The position numbers were made by a program, and so were the translations under genes. Below are positions 24,889 to 37,048 of a stretch of DNA of 64,000 nt, one piece after another; position 1 is the stretch's first letter, and every line of letters starts with the position of its first letter. Source of the DNA: Rhizodiscina lignyota (taxonomy: Eukaryota); contig ML978131.1 of NCBI GenBank assembly GCA_010015805.1, positions 1 to 64,000 of the forward strand, given 5' to 3'. Under the pieces are notes generated by a model. The model searched no databases and was not told the DNA's origin. It saw nothing but the letters and a program-made list of their open reading frames with translations.

Positions 24889-26580
24889 CTATCTCCGTCC
24901 CACAAACCTGACCCCAGCATCGCCTGGTCTCCTCAAATGCGTGCTGACGTTAAAGAACTTCTCATCCATAACGCTCATTACCCGCCTTCTCGCGGCTTCC
25001 TCGCTCTCCGCCTCGCTCTCTTTCAGAAGCTCAATTCGGTACTGAGATATCACATGAGCAATCACAGCGACGAACTCGACCTGGCTGAACTTCTTTCCCG
25101 GACATACGCGATTGCCAAAGACCCATGCCATGAACATTGCACCTTCTGGTGGCGATGCGATCGTCTCTTCTCCAGTCGGTGAAACAGCTACGAAGCGCTT
25201 GGGGTTAAAGTCGTGCACGTCGGAGCCCCAGCGTGGGGAAAGATGTGTGCCATAAAAGTGCGCGGCGATGAGAGTATCAGGTTGCACAGTGATTGATGTG
25301 TTTCCTCCACCGGGCGATGAGAGCGTAAGTTCTGTCGGAACGACTGGCGCGCGAATCATCTGCGGTGCAGGGCCGGAAAGGCGAAGCGTCTCGTACATGA
25401 ACGCGAGACATCGAATCAGTTTGGGATACGTCTCTTCATAGCTTGTTTGACTGGTCTTGTTGGTGTAGTGAGCGTCAACTTCTTCCGTAACCCAATCCTG
25501 AAACTCGGGGTACAACGCAAGGTAGGGCAGAGCGAATGACATTGTACTCGCTGTGGTCTCATAACCGGCAAGATTGAAGACAAAAAGATTTCCATATAGC
25601 TCGGAGTCGGCCAGATATGAATATTTGGATTTGGCACTGCTGTCTTGGTTCTGAAATTGGAGCTTTTCGGCCTCGTTTGCGTTAACCATCGCCTCGAGTA
25701 GACTGACTCACTTTGGAGAGCCATCTTTAGAAGATCTTTGGGGGGCTTGCATTTGTCGGAGTACGCATTCTTCCATGTACAATCGTAGTTCCGAAACAGA
25801 GAGTTTGAGACGTCTGAGAATCTTTGGCATGAATATATCAGGCGCCTTGAGGCCGGAGAAGACTATGCTGACAAAGACGTGCCTGAGGATGAAAGCAAGT
25901 GAATCCATTAGTGTCAAGCGATGTCCCGAAGGAATGCTTGTCAAATCGTTGTCCTGGCCAAACGCAACCGATGCCAAAACATGCATTGCGAAGAGCTCGA
26001 GGTCGGTTCGAATTCCAGCGATCGTTCGGTCGGTGCCTTTGGTATCTTCAGGAAAGTTGAGCACTTCAGCGGATCGCTGAATGGACTCTTCCCAGACATA
26101 ACGCATGCTTTTCTCGCCGAATGCCGTCGCAGTGATCTTGCGATGCCGTTGCCAGTCGCTACCGTTTGTAGACGAGACATTCTGGCCATAGGCAGTGAAT
26201 ACCTGAGAGTGCGGTGGCGGTATGATCCAACCCTTGTTGTCCCTGTAGACACGCTCAATTGCAGGAGGATACGTTATCATGATCTGGTTGCGCGTCGGAG
26301 CAACCAGAATGAAATTCTCTCCAAGTCGTGAGGGGGTTCTGTCGCCGTCAACCATAGGCCAGCCCATATCTGTGTAGAGGTACCAGCTCCCAAGCCCGAA
26401 GGGTAGGCGCTCAACCCAGGAGAAAAGCGGTCTCAGCAGAAGCCAAAGCGGGTCCTCGAAGGAAACAGGCAGGATAATCATGGGGAGATTGAGCTTGCGT
26501 GCGGCATTGTAATTGCGGGCCAAATTGAATATGCGGACCAACAGGAAGACAAAAGGAAGAAGGGCCAGGTATGCCAACAT
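24889..26580 (-). pseudogene. cytochrome P450 interrupted by an in-frame TGA (probable pseudogene or null allele)
   Basis: ORFs 26580..25708 and 25689..24889 are in the same frame: KDGSPK*VSLLEAMV. N-terminal TM, WQRHRK, AGYETTA, ETLR, PKRF and heme motif WVFGNRVCPG are present. Confidence 0.75.
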
Positions 26581-27576
26581 ATTGACGGCCGGAGGGATAT
26601 GACGAGCAAGTTCGAAGTTTGTAGTGCAGGCTACGTCCTTTTAACAAAATCCGCTCAGACCCTCATTAACGATTCACAAGGCGACTGAAATATGTATTAG
26701 GAATCAACAAAAACACAAGTACGGTAGTCAGCAAGCGGCATTCACTCAGACCGCAGAAGAAGAGAACTCTCCTTTTGGATCGGAATGAGGCCGTTCCTTT
26801 ATCTTATACGGATACATAATCCTTCAGGGGATCGTCCAGTGCTTATCCCGAATCGCCGCGATGCGCCGTCACAGTTCAGATCATTAGTACATAATAGGCG
26901 ATAGCTGACGAGCGCTCCAATTGTGACTTCAAACCAACTTCGGAGTTTGCCTTGAAGGACGGCTTGATCCTGAGACTTGACAAAGTCAACGGTATGTATC
27001 TCGCAGTTGTACAAAAGCATTTACTTGCCTCTTCTCCAATGCCTTCATCTCCACTCAACATCTACACGCGCTGCACAGACCACATGTTGCGCCCTGTGAG
27101 ATTTCATCAGCATTTTAATACTTCAATCGAAGTTACAAAGCCATTTTCAAGGCTCTCGCCTGAAAGTTCGAGGTTCCCCTGACGTGAGTAACGCGGTCCA
27201 CCCTAAAATAGCTCGCGCTTGTCTTATTCGGGACTAGTCTTGCGAGCGGCTCCATGGAAATCGATACGGAGCTGTTTGGGAGGACAGACAGATAGGGGTT
27301 CAAGACGAGAGCTCATGCAGAAGCATTCATTGAAGATTGGAACCTTTTGTAGACTGGCATAGGCTCTAGAGTGGCATGTGTAAAATGTCAATTGGACCAA
27401 AACTCAGGGTTGGGTGCGAAGCAAACCGTCTACCCACGCAAGAGATCTTTTGGCAATGTGGGAGTCGGTACGATGATAGTAAGGTTAGATAATGTACATA
27501 GGTTTTACATAGCGAAGTGAAGAAAGTAAGATTTCTCGCGGCGCCGACCGAAATCAAGCTTCATAAAATCTGAAAT

Positions 27577-28141
27577 TCAGCACACTGGAATGTCCCGCCT
27601 TCCCATACGACGCTCTTCTGAACCAAGTTCGATAGGAATACAGCCGTCACCTCCACCTCCACCTCCACCTCCACCAGACTCATCGCCTCCAGAACTGGTC
27701 GGTTCATCCGGTTCTCCGTCGCCTTCTTCTCCATCACCTTCTTCCCCATCACCAGGGCCGTCATCTGTGGATCCGGGGTCGGGTGTCGGTGACGGAATTG
27801 CAGGCTCGCTGAGAAGCGAGTTCAAACCCGGATCGTTCGATAAAATCGAGTTGATGAAGGATATCCCCGGTAATGGGGGAGTCGGTGGTGGATTGACGGG
27901 TATTGGGCGCATGGTTATGACAGGTGGCAGAGCAGGATTGATGGGTTTCAGAGGTTTGCCAACGGGAAGGAGTGGCGCACGGCGGTTGACGTCCACAGTT
28001 GGTGTTGCATTCGGCAAGGCCTGGACAAGAACCTCGGCGCTGCTTAGAAGCAGAGCTGCGAGAGTGCTAAGAGCTGGAAGATGAGTTAGCTATTGCATAA
28101 TTAACGAAGCTGTGAGTTATATCTGACATACCAATCTGCAT
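27577..28141 (-). CDS. small secreted Pro/Gly/acidic-rich protein (~168 aa)
   Basis: join(28141..28132,28073..27577), intron GTATGT..GCTAAC..CAG. Signal-peptide-like MQIALSTLAALLLSSAEVLVQA, then Pro-rich, DGEEG repeats, poly-Gly and two C-terminal Cys. Confidence 0.7.
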
Positions 28142-28935
28142 CTTTGCGGCGAGTATCGCAATGTCGACTTCTGGTGGGGCTTGAAGCAGAATATAGCCGC
28201 AACTTGAGAGATAGAGATATATTCAGGTCTTTATATTCCCCTTTCTGAGCTCTTCTCTCGCGGCACAATTTTAGAAAATCCATATCGCCCACTCGTACCT
28301 CGTAGCTGCCTGCACAAAAGCCTCCATACCGTGTCGTCAACGGTGTCGACGGCTATTGGATCAGAGTTAAAACCTCATGATATTTAGCAGTTCAGCTGTT
28401 AAGGCCAAGAAGTGCATTCACGAGAGTCGCCACGACTGTACGTCAAGTAAAAGCAAGGAACAGTCGTTATCGCGAGTCGTACAAGGCAGAGGTCTCGAAC
28501 GATTCTGGGCACGTACCAAGAAAGAACTGCAAATAAAAATCGAATGTTGCCCTCTCCCCGTTCAGATACGATTTAAAGCGACACATGATGTTCTCTGCAG
28601 TGATGCGCTTTCCTGCTTAATTCGTTGACGGAATTATGGGCTGAATGCAATCGATATCCAGGGTTAGCGCCTGACGCTCTGCTATCCAATAGCGTGCGGA
28701 GTCTTCCGAGCAACCCCAGCCGCATCGACCAGGGCAAGCGACGTAAGGTAACAATGCTGTGCTGTGGAAGGTGTGTAGAATGCGACTGTTTTCAATCATA
28801 TTATATGTCTGGCCCGTCCACTTGATTGCATTGCTTGTTCGAACGCAAGAGTTAGGGCAAGGTATGCGCAATCATGTATACACCTTGCATGAACAAATGA
28901 CAGCATGAACCAGGGATTTCGATTTCATTGACTCT

Positions 28936-30668
28936 TCAGAAAGGGTGACTGGTCTCCTGAGTGCATTCCCCAAATCGTTTTTCGAACCGCTTAAGAGTAG
29001 CCAGGGCTGGCCGTGCGACTGTGCAGCCTTCCACACAAGAAGACACCCATGGATCCGCTGCCTTTATGAGTCTGGCAGAATGAACAGCCACAGAGTACAC
29101 CTGCTTGCGTTCAGCAGATGGTCCGTGAGTTGCCTCAAGGACCTGCAGGCGACTGTGATGTAGCTCAAGTTCGTATGCCCAAAAATGCATCAGATAGCCG
29201 GCGACCTGGGAATTGGCGAATGAAAGATCGTAGGAAGGAAGCGGTGAACCGTGAAGCGGAACGCAGACTGGATCAAGGTCTGATTGTGGTGATCCTAGTG
29301 ACACCGAAACGGAAGAAGGCCAATAGAGAGGTGATGGATATGATTCTATAAAGATTGGCAGCCAAGTCGAAAGGGACTTAAGATGTTCCAAGTAAGCAGC
29401 ATGAAGATTTTCGTCGTCGTCGTCTCCTCCGAAGTATGAAGGTAGGAGTGGGGTACTTGCGGGTGAGTTAGAAGAGGTGAGATTTCGCAAATAGGCATCG
29501 ACTTGATGTAAATATCCTGGGATCTGAACTGCGATATCGTGTAACTGTTCCCGCACAGATTTCGGGTGACTTATAAATGGTATAGTGAGCCAATTTTCCT
29601 GGGCAATGATCAAAGGCTCTCGCGCTTCGATTGCTCTCCACAACTGGACTTTCCATCAGCGCATGAATTAAGCGAAGAAAAAGGGAGAGTATCACCAATA
29701 GGCCGCGGATTCCGTTTAATGCTCGCCTCCAGAAAGGCGTTTGGAACGTTTGAGGGCCAAGAAGCTGAAGTAATTTCGTAATGCCCATAGTATGAGTTGC
29801 GAGGCCAGCATGCGACGATCCTTGATGGGGGAAGGACTGTTGATGTAAGACTACTTGATTCCTCTGCAAGATAATGCTCCTTACCTCAAACAGTTGGAAC
29901 GCTATCGCCAACCATAGCATGGTATGATATAGCGAATTGCTTTGAGACGACGCAGAAGGTACATCCACAATCCGACCGATCTTGGATTGGAATCGGCCAA
30001 TTGCCTGTGTATACGAGGCGGTGGCGAGTTCTACCAGGTGCACTTCGTGCCGCATATGACCTACATATGCGGCCAGGAGGCTTAAAAGCGCGAAATCGAA
30101 AGTGCTGCCCTCTTTCGATGCGAAGGGAAGTAAAATCCTTGTACAAATCGCAAAGCTGGAGTACAGTGCACGCGAGGGAGGCGTTCTATCAGCGCCGAAT
30201 ATACCAGACATTCCATGGGGCCCGAATTCATCCAGTAATGCTGCATAGAAGCTTCTCCCTGGGCCCAGAGATGGGAATGCAGTTTGCGTTGAAGGTCGTA
30301 GTTCTAACGGAACACGCACATAGGCTTGAGCCTGGTGAGGTGAAGACTCCGTGCTTTGGGTTAGGGAACGAGCCTGGGCTGTAGGAGGCTTTCGGCGATC
30401 TCTCATAGCTGCAAAAAGTGCACCTCGATGCGATTGAGCTCTGATGTTAGATGCATCACGATGGATAAACGTCGTTCTGTTTGTGACGGGCCCGCTACAA
30501 ACGAGGCCACTCTTCACGCAACGGGTGCATGATGGTGTCTCAAGTCCGCACTGAAAAGATCAATGTCAGAAATAAGTTGTATACGGGGCCTTCAGAATAG
30601 AGACTTGCCTTCTTGCGGCGGACTTTGCATTGCTCGCATCGACGAGAGGAGCCTGGATTGCCGGGCAT
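28936..30668 (-). CDS. Zn(II)2Cys6 transcription factor
   Basis: MPGNPGSSRRCEQCKVRRKK|CGLETPSCTRCVKSGLVC is completed by a GC-AG intron at 30608..30551. Further introns near 29.88 and 29.69 kb link ORFs 30517..29468 and 29643..28936. Confidence 0.85.
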
Positions 30669-31008
30669 CTTGTTGCATCTTCATGAAGACCACATCGCAC
30701 GGAGTGTCTTATAGAGATCGTTAAGAGTGGCGTTATGAAGAGGATCTGATCTGTTATCCTCCTCTTCATCCTCGGTAGCATCATTACTAAGAACCATGAT
30801 ATTGGAAGCTCGAAGAAAACGCAGACGATCGTATAGAGAGGAGGCGAAGATCCCTGTGACGATTTGGATAATGATTTGAGCTAGTCTCTAGAAGGAAGTG
30901 AGAGCGCAGCGGTGGAGACGCTAAAACAAAGATAGTCTAGCTCCTTGCATGCGACGTCTCTTCCGAACCGAACTTCAGCATCAGTTCAGCACTTTTCCTT
31001 TCCACCGA

Positions 31009-31799
31009 TTACAAAGTCTTGATCCATTCTTCAGTGGTCATCACACGATTGGCGAAGAGCTGCCAGATCAATGATGTTGCCGCATCTTTCTGCGCAGTGG
31101 AAAAGCCCGCAGTTGCATCCGTCCTGGTTCGTTTTCTTTAGCGCCGGAGCATCGGTGAATTCCTTCATGGAGATGGACTTACAGCATTGTAGTTTCATAG
31201 GTGCTACCAAAGGATGATTAGCTTTGGAGGTCTAGCGTTGAGTCCCTACATAACTCACTGCTCATAAGCATATCGAGCGGTTGCTTCAATGCACGTGTTT
31301 GCAACCAGTCCAGCAAAGACGAGATGCCGAATGCCTCGCTGCTTGAGCTGATAGTCGAGATCGGTATTTTGAAAGGAGCTGAAGTGGCGCGTATCAGCAT
31401 TTCAATAGTAGTAAGGGGTTACGGTGATTTGAAAGAGAATCCAAACCTGCTATTCCAATGCTTGGAGACGACCACATCCCCGTTGTCAAGATCAGGCGCC
31501 ATTCCTTCATAGTACTCTGCTCCCCAAGATCCTACCTCAAAGACTTTGTTCTTTTCAAGTCCCTCAAGCGACCAGTTCATGAACTGCCATCCTTGGAATG
31601 AATGAGCGTGAGTTTGTTGATGCATTCCGTAGAAGATTGGGATCTTGTGACTGCGCGCAGCCTTGATTACTTCCCGGATGTGCTGGATTGTGCCTGTTGC
31701 TTTAATGCTTTCTTCAAGGGTGTTGTACAATTTCCCCTTTTCATGAATAAAGTCATTGTACGGATCGATAAGCATGATCGCGAGTCCTGGAGGCCCCAT
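31009..31799 (-). CDS. isochorismatase-family cysteine hydrolase
   Basis: IDPYNDF, VSKHWNS|SSFQNTDLDYQLKQRGI, GLVANTCIEATAR and DATAGFS give the D-K-C triad. Three introns; TAA at 31011-31009. Confidence 0.88.
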
Positions 31800-33005
31800 T
31801 TTGCTAATATCCCAATTGGTGATGCTGAATTTGATCTGTCAGGCTGGGTGGCTGTTCCAGTATTCAATCTACGAGCACATCGCGCGAGGCTTTTATAGAC
31901 ATTCACGCCTCAGAAGAGGAGAACGACATGAATCGGTCAAATGGTCATGAGTGGTTCGAGCATCCCCACATTCATTGGCACACTGCTCGCTAGAGCTTTG
32001 TCATCTTGCAGTAAGGTAATACAATTCGCCCCCTTTGGGCAGTATGAGCGCTGAGACGCGGATTAACTGCGCGAGAGCGCAATGTTTCTATAACCGCCTT
32101 TCATTGATTTTGCAGACTAAGCATTTGAGAACCTGATAATTTTGCATCTGCTCCAATGGCCACATAGAGAGCGAGTTATCTATATCCACAAGAGGCAGAA
32201 GATCATTAAGAGCCTTGTGATATGAATCGCTTGTGGTAAAGACAGACCGCCCGAGCCCAATATACATCTTCGGAGTTAAACTTGGAGAGTAGATTAATTG
32301 CACCGAAAACTCGTAAAGGACAACATGAAGCCATTATCGCCCGTTTCCGACATGTCACGGTACATTTGATCTCAGCTGCATTGGCAAATAGCCCTGCATG
32401 TTTGCACCGTTCCCGTTTCTCCAAAGCCTCAGAAAGAACCATGATCCGCAATTGGCGTTAGCGGCCTGCTTCCTGTATTATGCAGTGTTACTCTCGCAAC
32501 GACAGAGATGCTGCTTCGTAATCGAAGTGAACGAAGAGGTCGGTTGAAGGAGCATTTTCACTGGAGTCGAAGATAGTGAAAGCTAAAGACGAATAGCATT
32601 ATAATGAAGGGCTTGAAAAATGACTTGAGCCTTGGTATGATTCAAGAAATATCCATGCTTCCAAATTGTATTGTGATGTTTGAGTGAAGGTGATTGCCTT
32701 GCTCCCACATCCGCAAGGCCGAAAAGTAGAGTATTTTTGAGGATTGCTCTTCCGAACAAAATTGCCTGTCCCGAACGTCAAATGTAATATCCCGGAGCCA
32801 ATACGTGCCAAAATCGCACTTCAAAGAACATAGTCCACCCTCCCCAAAAATACTGCACCCTAGCAGCTTGATCCGTCGAAGGTAGTACGCAAACGCCAAC
32901 TTTTGAAACTTCAGAGACCAATGAATGGCTCGCAATCTGCCCTAACTCCTTGGAAGTTCCTCAGCTGCAAATAAATGAGAAAGTCGACTTGGCTCTGCTG
33001 TCGCT

Positions 33006-33839
33006 TTACGTTTGAATCGGGATCACGCCGCTGCGAAGGCCGTTGCGCAGCTGCATCAGCTGCAGTCCCAGCATGTTCATGCCACGCTCGTCCCTTCCAA
33101 GTCCGAAGTAAGGACAATCAATTGCGATCTGGTAGAGCTTCTTGTTGCCAGTTTTCAAAAGGTATGTGCGAGCGTTCCGGCTTCCATTTGTATTAGCTGT
33201 GAACTTCGCCTTGAGGACTTTCCACATCGTCTGGTTCTTCAAGCATGGATCGTCCACAGTGGCTGCTGCCTCCTTCGCTGGTTCCCAGGCTGCTTTGAAG
33301 GTCTCTGGCAAGGAGTCCTCGATACTCTTCTCGTGCGCAATCTTCTTGCTCTCTCTAGGACGAGTGAGCTTCTCGCCACTCTCGTCCTTCGTAATTCTCA
33401 CACGTTCTGCGGCATCATGAAACTTCTGGGCGAGCTGATCGTTGTCCTTAACGTAGCTGGCAGCGAGGCGAAGCTTCTCGGCATGGTAGTAGTTCTCTGC
33501 GCTCATGTATACCTTATCATCTACGTGAATATGACAGATAGCCATGTTAGACAGGCAGAAGGAACTGCCCCCCTTCGTCTTCTTCGTCTTCTTGGTTGTC
33601 GTCTCCTCCGGTTTGCTATTCTCGGCCTTGCCGTCTTCAGCCTTGCCATCCTCGGTCTTGCCCTCCGTAGTCGCATTCTTGTTCTTCCTGCTGTTCTCCC
33701 AAGAGTTGCCGAAATAGATAGCATCCGGATCGCGAGGAGGCTTCGAATTCTTGCTGACTCTTGCGCTCGAATCTTTCTTAGGTTTCAAAGCCATATCTGG
33801 GCCAGAGTGGTCCTTGTTGGTATCTTTTGTCGGAGCCAT
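33006..33839 (-). CDS. NADAR (YbiA/DUF1768-like) domain protein with a low-complexity N-terminus
   Basis: LSNM, YMSAENYYHAEK, MWKVLKAKF, LLKTGNKKL and FGLGRDERGMNMLGLQLMQLR match the NADAR pattern. (T/A)EDGK repeats lie upstream. Confidence 0.82.
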   Translation of the reverse strand: MAPTKDTNKDHSGPDMALKPKKDSSARVSKNSKPPRDPDAIYFGNSWENSRKNKNATTEGKTEDGKAEDGKAENSKPEETTTKKTKKTKGGSSFCLSNMAICHIHVDDKVYMSAENYYHAEKLRLAASYVKDNDQLAQKFHDAAERVRITKDESGEKLTRPRESKKIAHEKSIEDSLPETFKAAWEPAKEAAATVDDPCLKNQTMWKVLKAKFTANTNGSRNARTYLLKTGNKKLYQIAIDCPYFGLGRDERGMNMLGLQLMQLRNGLRSGVIPIQT

Positions 33840-34598
33840 GATACTGTCGTAAAATTAGTGAGAAGAGAGGCAGGAGGTGAGCCAGAAGGTGATGGAATAT
33901 TCGAGTGAGATGAAGTCGAATGGCTGCAGAATGAACAAGCTTCACTCTTCAAAGCGAGAACATCTCCTCGAGCTTAACCTAAGGTGCGCTCAGGAATTTT
34001 TCAGAACTGCAGCCCGAACTCACGGCCTGTACTGAGTGAAAAGTATGTATGTGCTTGCGGTTCCATGTATTGAAGCTGCTGCTCAACTTTTTCATCACTC
34101 TCATGGTGACTTGCTTTCGGGATTGAGGAATATACTTACGTAGATAATGGATTGACGATTGTGATGTATGAAGCAGTCGTGAAAGGGTTGATTGAAATAG
34201 ATGTGAGGAAGCTTGTGGATGCTGCTGGTGTGCAGTGGAGTGGAAGAGCAAAGGAAGGTTGCAACAGAAGAAGAGCTTAAATAGTAAAGCTACTTCGAAG
34301 ACTAAGAAAGTACTAACTGATCATCGTTAGTCACGAAGGAACAAAGTTGGGACGGGGGCCCAAGGACAACGATTCTCGAAGAGAAAACTCGTCCAGCCCG
34401 TCTTCCTCCAACTTCCTATCGTGTATTAATCCTCATAATAGCCGGGTCTTGACATAATCCCACACGTTAAAGCATACAGAGTCCCTGAAAATGAAACACC
34501 ACACCCATAGCGCAAATTAACGCAGAGACCCGCGCGGTAACAATCCTCCTGCGCCATAGCCTTTCGACCAAAATCACTCAAGCCGTATCCGACGGTAA

Positions 34599-36017
34599 TC
34601 AAGAAGCACCAGCAGCAGCCTCGGCGACGCCATTCAGCACGCCGCCAAAGCTTCCCGCATCGCCTAGATTCCCGGCACCCAGATTGCCAGCACCCAGACC
34701 CGTGTTGTGACTATGTCCACCGCGCTCGTCTTCCTCGCCCATTCCATCGACGTCTGGCCAGAAGCGTTCTTGAATCCAGCATATCTGGCGGAAGACTTGC
34801 TCGCAGCGCGCCATCTCCTCTTTGCCATTGGGCGACGTAGTGGTGTTCGCGAGCTCATCGACGAGGGAACGGCATGCATCGACGAATTTGCTGAAGGCCG
34901 GAGAGGTCCAATTCGGAATGAGCGCTTGGTGGAGGGCAGCGATGTGAGGCTCCGTAGTAGGATGGGACAGGGAGGTGCTAAACGTGGAGGCGTATTGCCA
35001 TGCGGTGCGATAGCACTTGTGCTCGTTACCATCGACTATGGAGTGGTTAAGAAGGACACTACAATTTCACTTACGTGCTCAGTCGCCCAAAGAACTACGA
35101 GACCCTCAAGCAGCGAAGCGCTCGGGCCGCTGCATGAAACGAAGAGATCCAAATACGCGCGCGTGATCGGATTGGGCGGTTCCTCGCCCATCTGGATGCC
35201 ATATTTGGTGGCAGTGATCTCGAAGAAGCTCATTTCGCGACGGATGTTGTTCAGCGCGCTGATCAGCAAGTCGAGCGTGCGGTACATGGGATTGAACTGC
35301 GAATTCGGGACAGTCGGGAGCCTGATCTTCGAAATCAGACCGCCAATGAATTGAACGTATCCGCGCGTATAGTGTCCGTCCTGGACCATCCACTGTGCCA
35401 ATGGCCCCGCAGCAAGAGTGCCACAACCAGCATGAGACAGGAAGGGTTGCTCCGTCGCGGCAGTGAAGGATGGCGCGTTCGAATTGAGCAGGTGCGCAGT
35501 CAGAGAAGGAACAAAAGCATTCGTCCCTCCGGAAGATGCTCTCGGTGTCTGGTTTGCGATGGGCTGCCCGTCACGATTTCGCTTGTTTTGATTCGGACCG
35601 CGACGATGGACCTGGAGATTGGGATTCGGCGCATGGCCATTCAGCACCGCACGCGCTGTATTATCGGTCAAGCTGCTAGAATCCATCGCTCCGTCTGAGG
35701 CATTCTGAAGATGGGATTGAGCCTCGGGGCTATTGAGGTAGTTTTCACATTGCTGCAAATGCTCGATCTGTCGGGTCGTATTCTTTGCTCTCACATAGCC
35801 ACAGTGAAGACAGCGGACTTTGTTGCACTGTATACATGTCAATTCCGCGCTCGCATCGCATTCATCTCGAATAACAGCGCTATACCTTCGACGGTGTGTC
35901 TTCATCGGCGAATTCCTGAAACGCCCTACGGATGTCGGGATTTGCTTTTGCATATTAGCTATCGTGATGGCAAGATAGGATGGTGTTGAGGTGAGTTGTC
36001 GTACCGTGGCGGCCCAT
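34599..36017 (-). CDS. TenA/THI-4/PQQC (heme-oxygenase-like) protein with an N-terminal BED-like Zn finger
   Basis: Spliced MGRH|ANPDIRRAFQEF..SK|CNKVRCLHCGYVRAKNTTRQIEHLQQC. TenA-like motifs ATEQPFL, WMVQDGHY, NIRREMSFF, LWATEH|CYRTAW, IPNWTS and ERFWPDV. Confidence 0.85.
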
Positions 36018-36811
36018 GTTGACGCGGCCGATGCGCTATGTTGTTCCGTCGCCTGGCCAGGCGATACCGATGCGAGGTCAGTAAAGAACTGATACCGTAC
36101 AGGCAGTAATGATCAGCCTTGGGATGGTACGGAGTATTACAGCAAGGAGGCTGGAAAGGTGGGCGCGTTAGGTATGTTACTCTTTTAGCGCCAGTATGTA
36201 AGCCGGAGATTACTCAGCCCTTTCACGTGATCTAGCCCTTTCGGCGAAATGGAGATTGAAAGCGGAGCCTGCATGAAATATTACAGAAACGTGCGTGATT
36301 TAGCCTATTTAATGGAAGAAGGTGACTCGTCAGTTGCGTTGCGGCGCTTGTGAGATGCTTGTCTCACCCAGTTTGTTACTTCGTAAAGTGCTGGTCAGCC
36401 CGTGAGTGTTTCATTCCGATGCAAACTGAATTTTTGCCGTTAGAATCAACGTCTTGGCACGGAACCCCGTCCCGAGCCGGGGCTTCGAAATAGGTAATGA
36501 CTCGTTCTGTCGTATTGGTAAGATTTTTATTTATCTTCTCCCACTGCTAGGTGGGTATTCACAACGATCGCCGCCGTAGTAATCGCCAATAATAAAAGGC
36601 CCTTAAAGATATATTTCACCTAGTGCAAAGTCGGTAAATCAATCCTCTTCCCGTAGACTGCATCATACCTGACGGTTCACTGCGATACCCCCTTCCTCCA
36701 GAGGGCGTTCCCGTACGGGCGTACAAATGCAATTTGGAATTTTATTATTTCGCAGCATAGTGAATCGACAGATAGAATCTATCCGATCTGTGAAAAAGAG
36801 CTCATTATTCC

Positions 36812-36840
36812 AGGTCTGATCATTGGTCTGATCATTGGTC
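36812..36840. repeat. 12-bp tandem duplication
   Basis: ggtctgatcatt ggtctgatcatt ggtc. Confidence 0.8.
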
Positions 36841-37048
36841 GTTTCACTTTTCATTTCCCCGTTCAACATAGTATTCTGTCTAATCCACATTCCAGAACAT
36901 CTTGTTTGTATCCAAGCAGAGGGTCATGAGTTCATTGATTTCACTCGACTCCATTGAAGGCATATCCCTGCCCGACCCAAATCCAACAAGTCGAAAACCT
37001 TTTTATCTTCCAGTACCAGATCGAGCGACCAACTCTCATGCTCACTGT

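Noticed and set aside
33012..33908. 298-aa plus-strand ORF, and similar long antisense ORFs such as 37733..38509 and 34707..35354
   Set aside because: Antisense shadows of well-supported genes, with no motifs of their own.
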